Source: the human T2T-CHM13v2.0 reference genome, Homo sapiens. From it: a DNA stretch of 64,000 nt. The stretch lies in NCBI RefSeq assembly GCF_009914755.1, contig NC_060939.1; one strand, written 5' to 3'. The notes under the pieces are model-generated. The model saw only the letters and a program-made list of their open reading frames with translations, was not told the DNA's origin and made no database searches. The translations under genes and the position numbers were made by a program. Below, one piece after another: positions 29,263 through 44,200 of this stretch. Numbering within the stretch: the stretch's first letter is position 1; each line of letters opens with the position of its first letter.

Positions 29263-32200
29263 CTATTTGAGTCCATTCCCTTTGATTCCATAACATTTGA
29301 GTCCATTCAATTCCATTCCTTTCGTTTCCATTCCATTTGATGCCATTCCATTCAATTCTGTTCTACTCGACTCCAATACATTCAATTCCATTCCATCCGA
29401 TTCCATTACATTCTTTTCATTTCTTATCCATTTCAAGCCATTCCACTCCATTCCATTCCACTCGTTTCCTTTCCATTCGAGTCCATTCCTCTCCAGTCCA
29501 TTCCGTTCAATCCATTCCATTCCAGTCCATTCCATTCGAGTCCGTTCCATTCCAGTCCATTCCATTCGAGTCAATTCCATTCCATTCGGTGTCTTTCCAT
29601 AACGATCCATTCCATTCTATTCCTTTCGATTCCATTCCATTCTATTTCATTCCATTCGATTCCCTTCCATTGGACTCCTTTCCATTCGAGTGCATTCCAT
29701 TCCGTTCCATTTCTTTCCGTTCTGTACGATTCCTACCGTTCGATTTCATTTTGTTCCAGTCCATTCTTTCGCGTCCATTCCATTCCATTTCACTCCATTC
29801 GATTCCATTCCACTCGATTCCACTTCGTTCCATTTCATTGCATTCCATTCTATTCAACTCTATTGCCTTCCATTCCATTCCATTCGATTACATTCCATGC
29901 GATTCCATTCGAAATCGAATCAATTACATTGCAATCCATTACTATTGAGTCCGTTTTATTCCAGTCCACTGCATTCTGGTCCATTCCATTTGATTGCATT
30001 CCATTCTATTCCATTCTATACAGTTGCATTCCATTGGATTCCATGCTATATCTATAAATTCAATTCGAGACCATTGCTTTTGAGTCCATTCTATATGATT
30101 CCATTCCATTCAAGTCCATTACATTTGGTTAAATTCCATTCCATTCCATTCCCTTCCATTCCATTCCAGTTGATATCAATCCATTCGATTCCATTCCATT
30201 CGAGCACATTCCATTCGAGTCCATTCCATTCGATGCCATTCCATTTGATTCTATTCCATTAGTCTCCATTCAATTCCATTAATCTCCATTCCATTCCATT
30301 CTACTCCAACTGATTCCATTCCATTCTATTCCTTTCCATTCCATTTCATTCCATTCCATTCCATTCCATTCCATTCCATTCCATTCGTGTCCATTCCACT
30401 CCAGTCCATTCCATTCGTATCCATTCCATTCCAGTCCATTCCATTTGTGTCCACTGCATTCCATTCCACTCCATTCCATATTATTCCATTACACTCCATT
30501 CCATTCTATTACTTTCATTTCCATTCAATTCCATTCCATTTGATTCCATTCCACTCGGTTTCATTCCATTTGAGTCCACTCCATTCCATTCCATTCCATT
30601 CAGTTCCATTCCATTCTGTTCCATTCCATTCCGTTCCATTACATTCCATTCCATTCGGTACCATTCCATATTGTTCCATTCGATTCCATTCGAATCCATT
30701 CCATTCCAGTCCATTCCATTCGATTCCATTCCATTCATTTCAATTCCATTCCATTCCATTCCATTACATTCCACTTGATTCCTCTCCATTCCCTTCCACT
30801 GCATTCCGTTCGATTCCATTCCATTGCATTGCATTCCATTCCATTGGATTGCATTCCATTCGATTCCATTCCATTCGAATCAATTACATAGCAATCCATT
30901 ACATTCGAGTCTATTCTCTTCCGTTCCATTCGATTTCGTTCCAATCCATTCGATTCCATTCCATTCGATTCCATTCCATACTATTGCATTCCATTCGATT
31001 ACATTATATTCGAATAAGTTCCATTCAAGACCATTTCTTTTGAGTCCATTCTATTTGAGTCCATTCCCTTTGATTCCATAACATTTGAGTCCATTCAATT
31101 CCATTCCTTTCGTTTCCATTCCATTTGATGCCATTCCATTCAATTCTGTTCTACTCGACTCCAATACATTCAATTCCATTCCATCCGATTCCATTACATT
31201 CTTTTCATTTCTTATCCATTTCAAGCCATTCCACTCCATTCCATTCCACTCGTTTCCTTTCCATTCGAGTCCATTCCTCTCCAGTCCATTCCGTTCAATC
31301 CATTCCATTCCAGTCCATTCCATTCGAGTCCGTTCTATTCCAGTCCATTCCATTCGAGTCAATTCCATTCCATTCGATGTCTTTCCATAACGATCCATTC
31401 CATTCTATTCCTTTCGATTCCATTCCATTCTATTTCATTCCATTCGATTCCCTTCCATTGGACTCCTTTCCATTCGAGTGCATTCCATTCCGTTCCATTT
31501 CTTTCCGTTCTGTACGATTCCTACCGTTCGATTTCATTTTGTTCAGGTCCATTCCTTTCGCGTCCATTCCATTCCATTTCACTCCATTCGATTCCATTCC
31601 ACTCGATTCCACTTCGTTCCATTTCATTGCATTCCATTCTATTCAACTCTATTGCCTTCCATTCCATTCCATTCGATTACATTCCATGCGATTCCATTCA
31701 AAATCGAATCAATTACATTGCAAACCATTACTATTGAGTCCGTTTTATTCCAGTCCACTGCATTCTGGTCCATTCCATTTGATTCCATTCCATTCTATTC
31801 CATTCCATACAGTTGCATTCCATTGGATTCCATGCTATATCTATAAATTCAATTCGAGACCATTGCTTTTGAGTCCATTCTATATGATTCCATTCCATTC
31901 AAGTCCATTACATTTGGTTAAATTCCATTCCATTCGGTTCAATTCCATTCCATTCCATTCCCTTCCATTCCATTCCAGTTGATATCAATCCATTCGATTC
32001 CATTCCATTCGAGCACATTCCATTCGAGTCCATTCCATTCGATGCCATTCCATTTGATTCTATTCCATTAGTCTCCATTCAATTCCATTAATCTCCATTC
32101 CATTCCATTCTACTCCAACTGATTCCATTCCATTCTATTCCTTTCCATTCCATTCCATTCCATTCCATTCCATTCCATTCCATTCCATTCCATTCGTGTC

Positions 32201-35200
32201 CATTCCACTCCAGTCCATTCCATTCGTATCCATTCCATTCCAGACCATTCCATTTGTGTCCACTGCATTCCATTCCACTCCATTCCATATTATTCCATTA
32301 CACTCCATTCCATTCTATTACTTTCATTTCCATTCAATTCCATTCCATTTGATTCCATTCCACTCAGTTTCATTCCATTTGAGTCCACTCCATTCCATTC
32401 CATTCCATTCAGTTCCATTCCATTCTGTTCCATTCCATTCCGTTCCATTACATTCCATTCCATTCGGTACCATTCCATATTGTTCCATTCGATTCCATTC
32501 GAATCCATTCCATTCCAGTCCATTCCATTCGATTCCATTCCATTCATTTCAATTCCATTCCATTCCATTCCATTACATTCCACTTGATTCCTCTCCATTC
32601 CCTTCCACTGCATTCCGTTCGATTCCATTCCATTGCATTGCATTCCATTCCATTGGATTGCATTCCATTCGATTCCATTCCATTCGAATCAATTACATAG
32701 CAATCCATTACATTCGAGTCTATTCTCTTCCGTTCCATTCGATTTCGTTCCAATCCATTCGATTCCATTCCATTCGATTCCATTCCATACTATTGCATTC
32801 CATTCGATTACATTATATTCGAATAAGTTCCATTCAAGACCATTTCTTTTGAGTCCATTCTATTTGAGTCCATTCCCTTTGATTCCATAACATTTGAGTC
32901 CATTCAATTCCATTCCTTTCGTTTCCATTCCATTTGATGCCATTCCATTTAATTCTGTTCTACTCGACTCCAATACATTCAATTCCATTCCATCCGATTC
33001 CATTACATTCTTTTCATTTCTTATCCATTTCAAGCCATTCCACTCCATTCCATTCCACTCGTTTCCTTTCCATTCGAGTCCATTCCTCTCCAGTCCATTC
33101 CGTTCAATCCATTCCATTCCAGTCCATTCCATTCGAGTCCGTTCCATTCCAGTCCATTCCATTCGAGTCAATTCCATTCCATTCGGTGTCTTTCCATATC
33201 GATCCATTCCATTCTATTCCTTTCGATTCCATTCCATTCTATTTCATTCCATTCGATTCCCTTCCATTGGACTCCTTTCCATTCGAGTGCATTCCATTCC
33301 GTTCCATTTCTTTCCGTTCTGTACGATTCCTACCGTTCGATTTCATTTTGTTCCAGTCCATTCTTTCGCGTCCATTCCATTCCATTTCACTCCATTCGAT
33401 TCCATTCCACTCGATTCCACTTCGTTCCATTTCATTGCATTCCATTCTATTCAACTCTATTGCCTTCCATTCCATTCCATTCGATTACATTCCATGCGAT
33501 TCCATTCGAAATCGAATCAATTACATTGCAATCCATTACTATTGAGTCCGTTTTATTCCAGTCCACTGCATTCTGGTCCATTCCATTTGATTCCATTCCA
33601 TTCTATTCCATTCCATACAGTTGCATTCCATTGGATTCCTTGCTATATCTATAAATTCAATTCGAGACCATTGCTTTTGAGTCCATTCTATATGATTCCA
33701 TTCCATTCAAGTCCATTACATTTGGTTAAATTCCATTCCATTCGGTTCAATTCCATTCCATTCCATTCCCTTCCATTCCATTCCAGTTGATATCAATCCA
33801 TTCGATTCCATTCCATTCGAGCACATTCCATTCGAGTCCATTCCATTCGATGCCATTCCATTTGATTCTATTCCATTAGTCTCCATTCAATTCCATTAAT
33901 CTCCATTCCATTCCATTCTACTCCAACTGATTCCATTCCATTCTATTCCTTTCCATTCCATTTCATTCCATTCCATTCCATTCCATTCCATTCCATTCCA
34001 TTCGTGTCCATTCCACTCCAGTCCATTCCATTCGTATCCATTCCATTCCAGTCCATTCCATTTGTGTCCACTGCATTCCATTCCACTCCATTCCATATTA
34101 TTCCATTACACTCCATTCCATTCTATTACTTTCATTTCCATTCAATTCCATTCCATTTGATTCCATTCCACTCGGTTTCATTCCATTTGAGTCCACTCCA
34201 TTCCATTCCATTCCATTCAGTTCCATTCCATTCTGTTCCATTCCATTCCGTTCCATTACATTCCATTCCATTCGGTACCATTCCATATTGTTCCATTCGA
34301 TTCCATTCGAATCCATTCCATTCCAGTCCATTCCATTCGATTCCATTCCATTCATTTCAATTCCATTCCATTCCATTCCATTACATTCCACTTGATTCCT
34401 CTCCATTCCCTTCCACTGCATTCCGTTCGATTCCATTCCATTGCATTGCATTCCATTCCATTGGATTGCATTCCATTCGATTCCATTCCATTCGTATCAA
34501 TTACATAGCAATCCATTACATTCGAGTCTATTCTCTTCCGTTCCATTCGATTTCGTTCCAATCCATTCGATTCCATTCCATTCGATTCCATTCCATACTA
34601 TTGCATTCCATTCGATTACATTATATTCGAATAAGTTCCATTCAAGACCATTTCTTTTGAGTCCATTCTATTTGAGTCCATTCCCTTTGATTCCATCACA
34701 TTTGAGTCCATTCAATTCCATTCCTTTCGTTTCCATTCCATTTGATGCCATTCCATTCAATTCTGTTCTACTCGACTCCAATACATTCAATTCCATTCCA
34801 TCCGATTCCATTACATTCTTTTCATTTCTTATCCATTTCAAGCCATTCCACTCCATTCCATTCCACTCGTTTCCTTTCCATTCGAGTCCATTCCTCTCCA
34901 GTCCATTCCGTTCAATCCATTCCATTCCAGTCCATTCCATTCGAGTCCGTTCCATTCCAGTCCATTCCATTCGAGTCAATTCCATTCCATTCGGTGTCTT
35001 TCCATAACGATCCATTCCATTCTATTCCTTTCGATTCCATTCCATTCTATTTCATTCCATTCGATTCCCTTCCATTGGACTCCTTTCCATTCGAGTGCAT
35101 TCCATTCCGTTCCATTTCTTTCCGTTCTGTACGATTCCTACCGTTCGATTTCATTTTGTTCCAGTCCATTCTTTCGCGTCCATTCCATTCCATTTCACTC

Positions 35201-38200
35201 CATTCGATTCCATTCCACTCGATTCCACTTCGTTCCATTTCATTGCATTCCATTCTATTCAACTCTATTGCCTTCCATTCCATTCCATTCGATTACATTC
35301 CCTGCGATTCCATTCGAAATCGAATCAATTACATTGCAAACCATTACTATTGAGTCCGTTTTATTCCAGTCCACTGCATTCTGGTCCATTCCATTTGATT
35401 CCATTCCATTCTATTCCATTCCATACAGTTGCATTCCATTGGATTCCATGCTATATCTATAAATTCAATTCGAGACCATTGCTTTTGAGTCCATTCTATA
35501 TGATTCCATTCCATTCAAGTCCATTACATTTGGTTAAATTTCATTCCATTCCATTCCCTTCCATTCCATTCCAGTTGATATCAATCCATTCGATTCCATT
35601 CCATTCGAGCACATTCCATTCGAGTCCATTCCATTCGATGCCATTCCATTTGATTCTATTCCATTAGTCTCCATTCAATTCCATTAATCTCCATTCCATT
35701 CCATTCTACTCCAACTGATTCCATTCCATTCTATTCCTTTCCATTCCATTTCATTCCATTCCATTCCATTCCATTCCATTCCATTCCATTCGTGTCCATT
35801 CCACTCCAGTCCATTCCATTCGTATCCATTCCATTCCAGTCCATTCCATTTGTGTCCACTGCATTCCATTCCACTCCATTCCATATTATTCCATTACACT
35901 CCATTCCATTCTATTACTTTCATTTCCATTCAATTCCATTCCATTTGATTCCATTCCACTCGGTTTCATTCCATTTGAGTCCACTCCATTCCATTCCATT
36001 CCATTCAGTTCCATTCCATTCTGTTCCATTCCATTCCGTTCCATTACATTCCATTCCATTCGGTACCATTCCATATTGTTCCATTCGATTCCATTCGAAT
36101 CCATTCCATTCCAGTCCATTCCATTCGATTCCATTCCATTCATTTCAATTCCATTCCATTCCATTCCATTACATTCCACTTGATTCCTCTCCATTCCCTT
36201 CCACTGCATTCCGTTCGATTCCATTCCATTGCATTGCATTCCATTCCATTGGATTGCATTCCATTCGATTCCATTCCATTCGAATCAATTACATAGCAAT
36301 CCATTACATTCGAGTCTATTCTCTTCCGTTCCATTCGATTTCGTTCCAATCCATTCGATTCCATTCCATTCGATTCCATTCCATACTATTGCATTCCATT
36401 CGATTACATTATATTCGAATAAGTTCCATTCAAGACCATTTCTTTTGAGTCCATTCTATTTGAGTCCATTCCCTTTGATTCCATAACATTTGAGTCCATT
36501 CAATTCCATTCCTTTCGTTTCCATTCCATTTGATGCCATTCCATTCAATTCTGTTCTACTCGACTCCAATACATTCAATTCCATTCCATCCGATTCCATT
36601 ACATTCTTTTCATTTCTTATCCATTTCAAGCCATTCCACTCCATTCCATTCCACTCGTTTCCTTTCCATTCGAGTCCATTCCTCTCCAGTCCATTCCGTT
36701 CAATCCATTCCATTCCAGTCCATTCCATTCGAGTCCGTTCTATTCCAGTCCATTCCATTCGAGTCAATTCCATTCCATTCGATGTCTTTCCATAACGATC
36801 CATTCCATTCTATTCCTTTCGATTCCATTCCATTCTATTTCATTCCATTCGATTCCCTTCCATTGGACTCCTTTCCATTCGAGTGCATTCCATTCCGTTC
36901 CATTTCTTTCCGTTCTGTACGATTCCTACCGTTCGATTTCATTTTGTTCCAGTCCATTCCTTTCGCGTCCATTCCATTCCATTTCACTCCATTCGATTCC
37001 ATTCCACTCGATTCCACTTCGTTCCATTTCATTGCATTCCATTCTATTCAACTCTATTGCCTTCCATTCCATTCCATTCGATTACATTCCATGCGATTCC
37101 ATTCGAAATCGAATCAATTACATTGCAAACCATTACTATTGAGTCCGTTTTATTCCAGTCCACTGCATTCTGGTCCATTCCATTTGATTCCATTCCATTC
37201 TATTCCATTCCATACAGTTGCATTCCATTGGATTCCATGCTATATCTATAAATTCAATTCGAGACCATTGCTTTTGAGTCCATTCTATATGATTCCATTC
37301 CATTCAAGTCCATTACATTTGGTTAAATTCCATTCCATTCGGTTCAATTCCATTCCATTCCATTCCCTTCCATTCCATTCCAGTTGATATCAATCCATTC
37401 GATTCCATTCCATTCGAGCACATTCCATTCGAGTCCATTCCATTCGATGCCATTCCATTTGATTCTATTCCATTAGTCTCCATTCAATTCCATTAATCTC
37501 CATTCCATTCCATTCTACTCCAACTGATTCCATTCCATTCTATTCCTTTCCATTCCATTCCATTCCATTCCATTCCATTCCATTCCATTCCATTCGTGTC
37601 CATTCCACTCCAGTCCATTCCATTCGTATCCATTCCATTCCAGTCCATTCCATTTGTGTCCACTGCATTCCATTCCACTCCATTCCATATTATTCCATTA
37701 CACTCCATTCCATTCTATTACTTTCATTTCCATTCAATTCCATTCCATTTGATTCCATTCCACTCAGTTTCATTCCATTTGAGTCCACTCCATTCCATTC
37801 CATTCCATTCAGTTCCATTCCATTCTGTTCCATTCCATTCCGTTCCATTACATTCCATTCCATTCGGTACCATTCCATATTGTTCCATTCGATTCCATTC
37901 GAATCCATTCCATTCCAGTCCATTCCATTCGATTCCATTCCATTCATTTCAATTCCATTCCATTCCATTCCATTATATTCCACTTGATTCCTCTCCATTC
38001 CCTTCCACTGCATTCCGTTCGATTCCATTCCATTGCATTGCATTCCATTCCATTGGATTGCATTCCATTCGATTCCATTCCATTCGAATCAATTACATAG
38101 CAATCCATTACATTCGAGTCTATTCTCTTCCGTTCCATTCGATTTCGTTCCAATCCATTCGATTCCATTCCATTCGATTCCATTCCATACTATTGCATTC

Positions 38201-41200
38201 CATTCGATTACATTATATTCGAATAAGTTCCATTCAAGACCATTTCTTTTGAGTCCATTCTATTTGAGTCCATTCCCTTTGATTCCATAACATTTGAGTC
38301 CATTCAATTCCATTCCTTTCGTTTCCATTCCATTTGATGCCATTCCATTTAATTCTGTTCTACTCGACTCCAATATATTCAATTCCATTCCATCCGATTC
38401 CATTACATTCTTTTCATTTCTTATCCATTTCAAGCCATTCCACTCCATTCCATTCCACTCGTTTCCTTTCCATTCGAGTCCATTCCTCTCCAGTCCATTC
38501 CGTTCAATCCATTCCATTCCAGTCCATTCCATTCGAGTCCGTTCCATTCCAGTCCATTCCATTCGAGTCAATTCCATTCCATTCGGTGTCTTTCCATATC
38601 GATCCATTCCATTCTATTCCTTTCGATTCCATTCCATTCTATTTCATTCCATTCGATTCCCTTCCATTGGACTCCTTTCCATTCGAGTGCATTCCATTCC
38701 GTTCCATTTCTTTCCGTTCTGTACGATTCCTACCGTTCGATTTCATTTTGTTCCAGTCCATTCTTTCGCGTCCATTCCATTCCATTTCACTCCATTCGAT
38801 TCCATTCCACTCGATTCCACTTCGTTCCATTTCATTGCATTCCATTCTATTCAACTCTATTGCCTTCCATTCCATTCCATTCGATTACATTCCCTGCGAT
38901 TCCATTCGAAATCGAATCAATTACATTGCAATCCATTACTATTGAGTCCGTTTTATTCCAGTCCACTGCATTCTGGTCCATTCCATTTGATTCCATTCCA
39001 TTCTATTCCATTCCATACTGTTGCATTCCATTGGATTCCATGCTATATCTATAAATTCAATTCGAGACCATTGCTTTTGAGTCCATTCTATATGATTCCA
39101 TTCCATTCAAGTCCATTACATTTGGTTAAATTCCATTCCATTCGGTTCAATTCCATTCCATTCCATTCCCTTCCATTCCATTCCAGTTGATATCAATCCA
39201 TTCGATTCCATTCCATTCGAGCACATTCCATTCGAGTCCATTCCATTCGATGCCATTCCATTTGATTCTATTCCATTAGTCTCCATTCAATTCCATTAAT
39301 CTCCATTCCATTCCATTCTACTCCAACTGATTCCATTCCATTCTATTCCTTTCCATTCCATTTCATTCCATTCCATTCCATTCCATTCCATTCCATTCCA
39401 TTCGTGTCCATTCCACTCCAGTCCATTCCATTCGTATCCATTCCATTCCAGTCCATTCCATTTGTGTCCACTGCATTCCATTCCACTCCATTCCATATTA
39501 TTCCATTACACTCCATTCCATTCTATTACTTTCATTTCCATTCAATTCCATTCCATTTGATTCCATTCCACTCGGTTTCATTCCATTTGAGTCCACTCCA
39601 TTCCATTCCATTCCATTCAGTTCCATTCCATTCTGTTCCATTCCATTCCGTTCCATTACATTCCATTCCATTCGGTACCATTCCATATTGTTCCATTCGA
39701 TTCCTTTCGAATCCATTCCATTCCAGTCCATTCCATTCGATTCCATTCCATTCATTTCAATTCCATTCCATTCCATTCCATTCCATTCCATTCCACTTGA
39801 TTCCTCTCCATTCCCTTCCACTGCATTCCGTTCGATTCCATTCCATTGCATTGCATTCCATTCCATTGGATTGCATTCCATTCGATTCCATTCCATTCGA
39901 ATCAATTACATAGCAATCCATTACATTCGAGTCTATTCTCTTCCGTTCCATTCGATTTCGTTCCAATCCATTCGATTCCATTCCATTCGATTCCATTCCA
40001 TACTATTGCATTCCATTCGATTACATTATATTCGAATAAGTTCCATTCAAGACCATTTCTTTTGAGTCCATTCTATTTGAGTCCATTCCCTTTGATTCCA
40101 TCACATTTGAGTCCATTCAATTCCATTCCTTTCGTTTCCATTCCATTTGATGCCATTCCATTCAATTCTGTTCTACTCGACTCCAATACATTCAATTCCA
40201 TTCCATCCGATTCCATTACATTCTTTTCATTTCTTATCCATTTCAAGCCATTCCACTCCATTCCATTCCACTCGTTTCCTTTCCATTCGAGTCCATTCCT
40301 CTCCAGTCCATTCCGTTCAATCCATTCCATTCCAGTCCATTCCATTTGAGTCCGTTCCATTCCAGTCCATTCCATTCGAGTCAATTCCATTCCATTCGGT
40401 GTCTTTCCATAACGATCCATTCCATTCTATTCCTTTCGATTCCATTCCATTCTATTTCATTCCATTCGATTCCCTTCCATTGGACTCCTTTCCATTCGAG
40501 TGCATTCCATTCCGTTCCATTTCTTTCCGTTCTGTACGATTCCTACCGTTCGATTTCATTTTGTTCCAGTCCATTCTTTCGCGTCCATTCCATTCCATTT
40601 CACTCCATTCGATTCCATTCCACTCGATTCCACTTCGTTCCATTTCATTGCATTCCATTCTATTCAACTCTATTGCCTTCCATTCCATTCCATTCGATTA
40701 CATTCCATGCGATTCCATTCGAAATCGAATCAATTACATTGCAATCCATTACTATTGAGTCCGTTTTATTCCAGTCCACTGCATTCTGGTCCATTCCATT
40801 TGATTGCATTCCATTCTATTCCATTCTATACAGTTGCATTCCATTGGATTCCATGCTATATCTATAAATTCAATTCGAGACCATTGCTTTTGAGTCCATT
40901 CTATATGATTCCATTCCATTCAAGTCCATTACATTTGGTTAAATTCCATTCCATTCCATTCCCTTCCATTCCATTCCAGTTGATATCAATCCATTCGATT
41001 CCATTCCATTCGAGCACATTCCATTCGAGTCCATTCCATTCGATGCCATTCCATTTGATTCTATTCCATTAGTCTCCATTCAATTCCATTAATCTCCATT
41101 CCATTCCATTCTACTCCAACTGATTCCATTCCATTCTATTCCTTTCCATTCCATTTCATTCCATTCCATTCCATTCCATTCCATTCCATTCCATTCGTGT

Positions 41201-44200
41201 CCATTCCACTCCAGTCCATTCCATTCGTATCCATTCCATTCCAGTCCATTCCATTTGTGTCCACTGCATTCCATTCCACTCCATTCCATATTATTCCATT
41301 ACACTCCATTCCATTCTATTACTTTCATTTCCATTCAATTCCATTCCATTTGATTCCATTCCACTCGGTTTCATTCCATTTGAGTCCACTCCATTCCATT
41401 CCATTCCATTCAGTTCCATTCCATTCTGTTCCATTCCATTCCGTTCCATTACATTCCATTCCATTCGGTACCATTCCATATTGTTCCATTCGATTCCATT
41501 CGAATCCATTCCATTCCAGTCCATTCCATTCGATTCCATTCCATTCATTTCAATTCCATTCCATTCCATTCCATTACATTCCACTTGATTCCTCTCCATT
41601 CCCTTCCACTGCATTCCGTTCGATTCCATTCCATTGCATTGCATTCCATTCCATTGGATTGCATTCCATTCGATTCCATTCCATTCGAATCAATTACATA
41701 GCAATCCATTACATTCGAGTCTATTCTCTTCCGTTCCATTCGATTTCGTTCCAATCCATTCGATTCCATTCCATTCGATTCCATTCCATACTATTGCATT
41801 CCATTCGATTACATTATATTCGAATAAGTTCCATTCAAGACCATTTCTTTTGAGTCCATTCTATTTGAGTCCATTCCCTTTGATTCCATAACATTTGAGT
41901 CCATTCAATTCCATTCCTTTCGTTTCCATTCCATTTGATGCCATTCCATTCAATTCTGTTCTACTCGACTCCAATACATTCAATTCCATTCCATCCGATT
42001 CCATTACATTCTTTTCATTTCTTATCCATTTCAAGCCATTCCACTCCATTCCATTCCACTCGTTTCCTTTCCATTCGAGTCCATTCCTCTCCAGTCCATT
42101 CCGTTCAATCCATTCCATTCCAGTCCATTCCATTCGAGTCCGTTCTATTCCAGTCCATTCCATTCGAGTCAATTCCATTCCATTCGATGTCTTTCCATAA
42201 CGATCCATTCCATTCTATTCCTTTCGATTCCATTCCATTCTATTTCATTCCATTCGATTCCCTTCCATTGGACTCCTTTCCATTCGAGTGCATTCCATTC
42301 CGTTCCATTTCTTTCCGTTCTGTACGATTCCTACCGTTCGATTTCATTTTGTTCCAGTCCATTCCTTTCGCGTCCATTCCATTCCATTTCACTCCATTCG
42401 ATTCCATTCCACTCGATTCCACTTCGTTCCATTTCATTGCATTCCATTCTATTCAACTCTATTGCCTTCCATTCCATTCCATTCGATTACATTCCATGCG
42501 ATTCCATTCGAAATCGAATCAATTACATTGCAAACCATTACTATTGAGTCCGTTTTATTCCAGTCCACTGCATTCTGGTCCATTCCATTTGATTCCATTC
42601 CATTCTATTCCATTCCATACAGTTGCATTCCATTGGATTCCATGCTATATCTATAAATTCAATTCGAGACCATTGCTTTGGAGTCCATTCTATATGATTC
42701 CATTCCATTCAAGTCCATTACATTTGGTTAAATTCCATTCCATTCGGTTCAATTCCATTCCATTCCATTCCCTTCCATTCCATTCCAGTTGATATCAATC
42801 CATTCGATTCCATTCCATTCGAGCACATTCCATTCGAGTCCATTCCATTCGATGCCATTCCATTTGATTCTATTCCATTAGTCTCCATTCAATTCCATTA
42901 ATCTCCATTCCATTCCATTCTACTCCAACTGATTCCATTCCATTCTATTCCTTTCCATTCCATTCCATTCCATTCCATTCCATTCCATTCCATTCCATTC
43001 GTGTCCATTCCACTCCAGTCCATTCCATTCGTATCCATTCCATTCCAGTCCATTCCATTTGTGTCCACTGCATTCCATTCCACTCCATTCCATATTATTC
43101 CATTACACTCCATTCCATTCTATTACTTTCATTTCCATTCAATTCCATTCCATTTGATTCCATTCCACTCAGTTTCATTCCATTTGAGTCCACTCCATTC
43201 CATTCCATTCCATTCAGTTCCATTCCATTCTGTTCCATTCCATTCCGTTCCATTACATTCCATTCCATTCGGTACCATTCCATATTGTTCCATTCGATTC
43301 CATTCGAATCCATTCCATTCCAGTCCATTCCATTCGATTCCATTCCATTCATTTCAATTCCATTCCATTCCATTCCATTACATTCCACTTGATTCCTCTC
43401 CATTCCCTTCCACTGCATTCCGTTCGATTCCATTCCATTGCATTGCATTCCATTCCATTGGATTGCATTCCATTCGATTCCATTCCATTCGAATCAATTA
43501 CATAGCAATCCATTACATTCGAGTCTATTCTCTTCCGTTCCATTCGATTTCGTTCCAATCCATTCGATTCCATTCCATTCGATTCCATTCCATACTATTG
43601 CATTCCATTCGATTACATTATATTCGAATAAGTTCCATTCAAGACCATTTCTTTTGAGTCCATTCTATTTGAGTCCATTCCCTTTGATTCCATAACATTT
43701 GAGTCCATTCAATTCCATTCCTTTCGTTTCCATTCCATTTGATGCCATTCCATTTAATTCTGTTCTACTCGACTCCAATACATTCAATTCCATTCCATCC
43801 GATTCCATTACATTCTTTTCATTTCTTATCCATTTCAAGCCATTCCACTCCATTCCATTCCACTCGTTTCCTTTCCATTCGAGTCCATTCCTCTCCAGTC
43901 CATTCCGTTCAATCCATTCCATTCCAGTCCATTCCATTCGAGTCCGTTCCATTCCAGTCCATTCCATTCGAGTCAATTCCATTCCATTCGGTGTCTTTCC
44001 ATATCGATCCATTCCATTCTATTCCTTTCGATTCCATTCCATTCTATTTCATTCCATTCGATTCCCTTCCATTGGACTCCTTTCCATTCGAGTGCATTCC
44101 ATTCCGTTCCATTTCTTTCCGTTCTGTACGATTCCTACCGTTCGATTTCATTTTGTTCCAGTCCATTCTTTCGCGTCCATTCCATTCCATTTCACTCCAT

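Noticed and set aside
32894-33790. Longest ORF (298 aa; also in U22, U25, U29)
   Set aside because: It arises only from the TAA>TAT SNP (CATATCGAT variant) joining two low-complexity frames, which is not evidence of coding.
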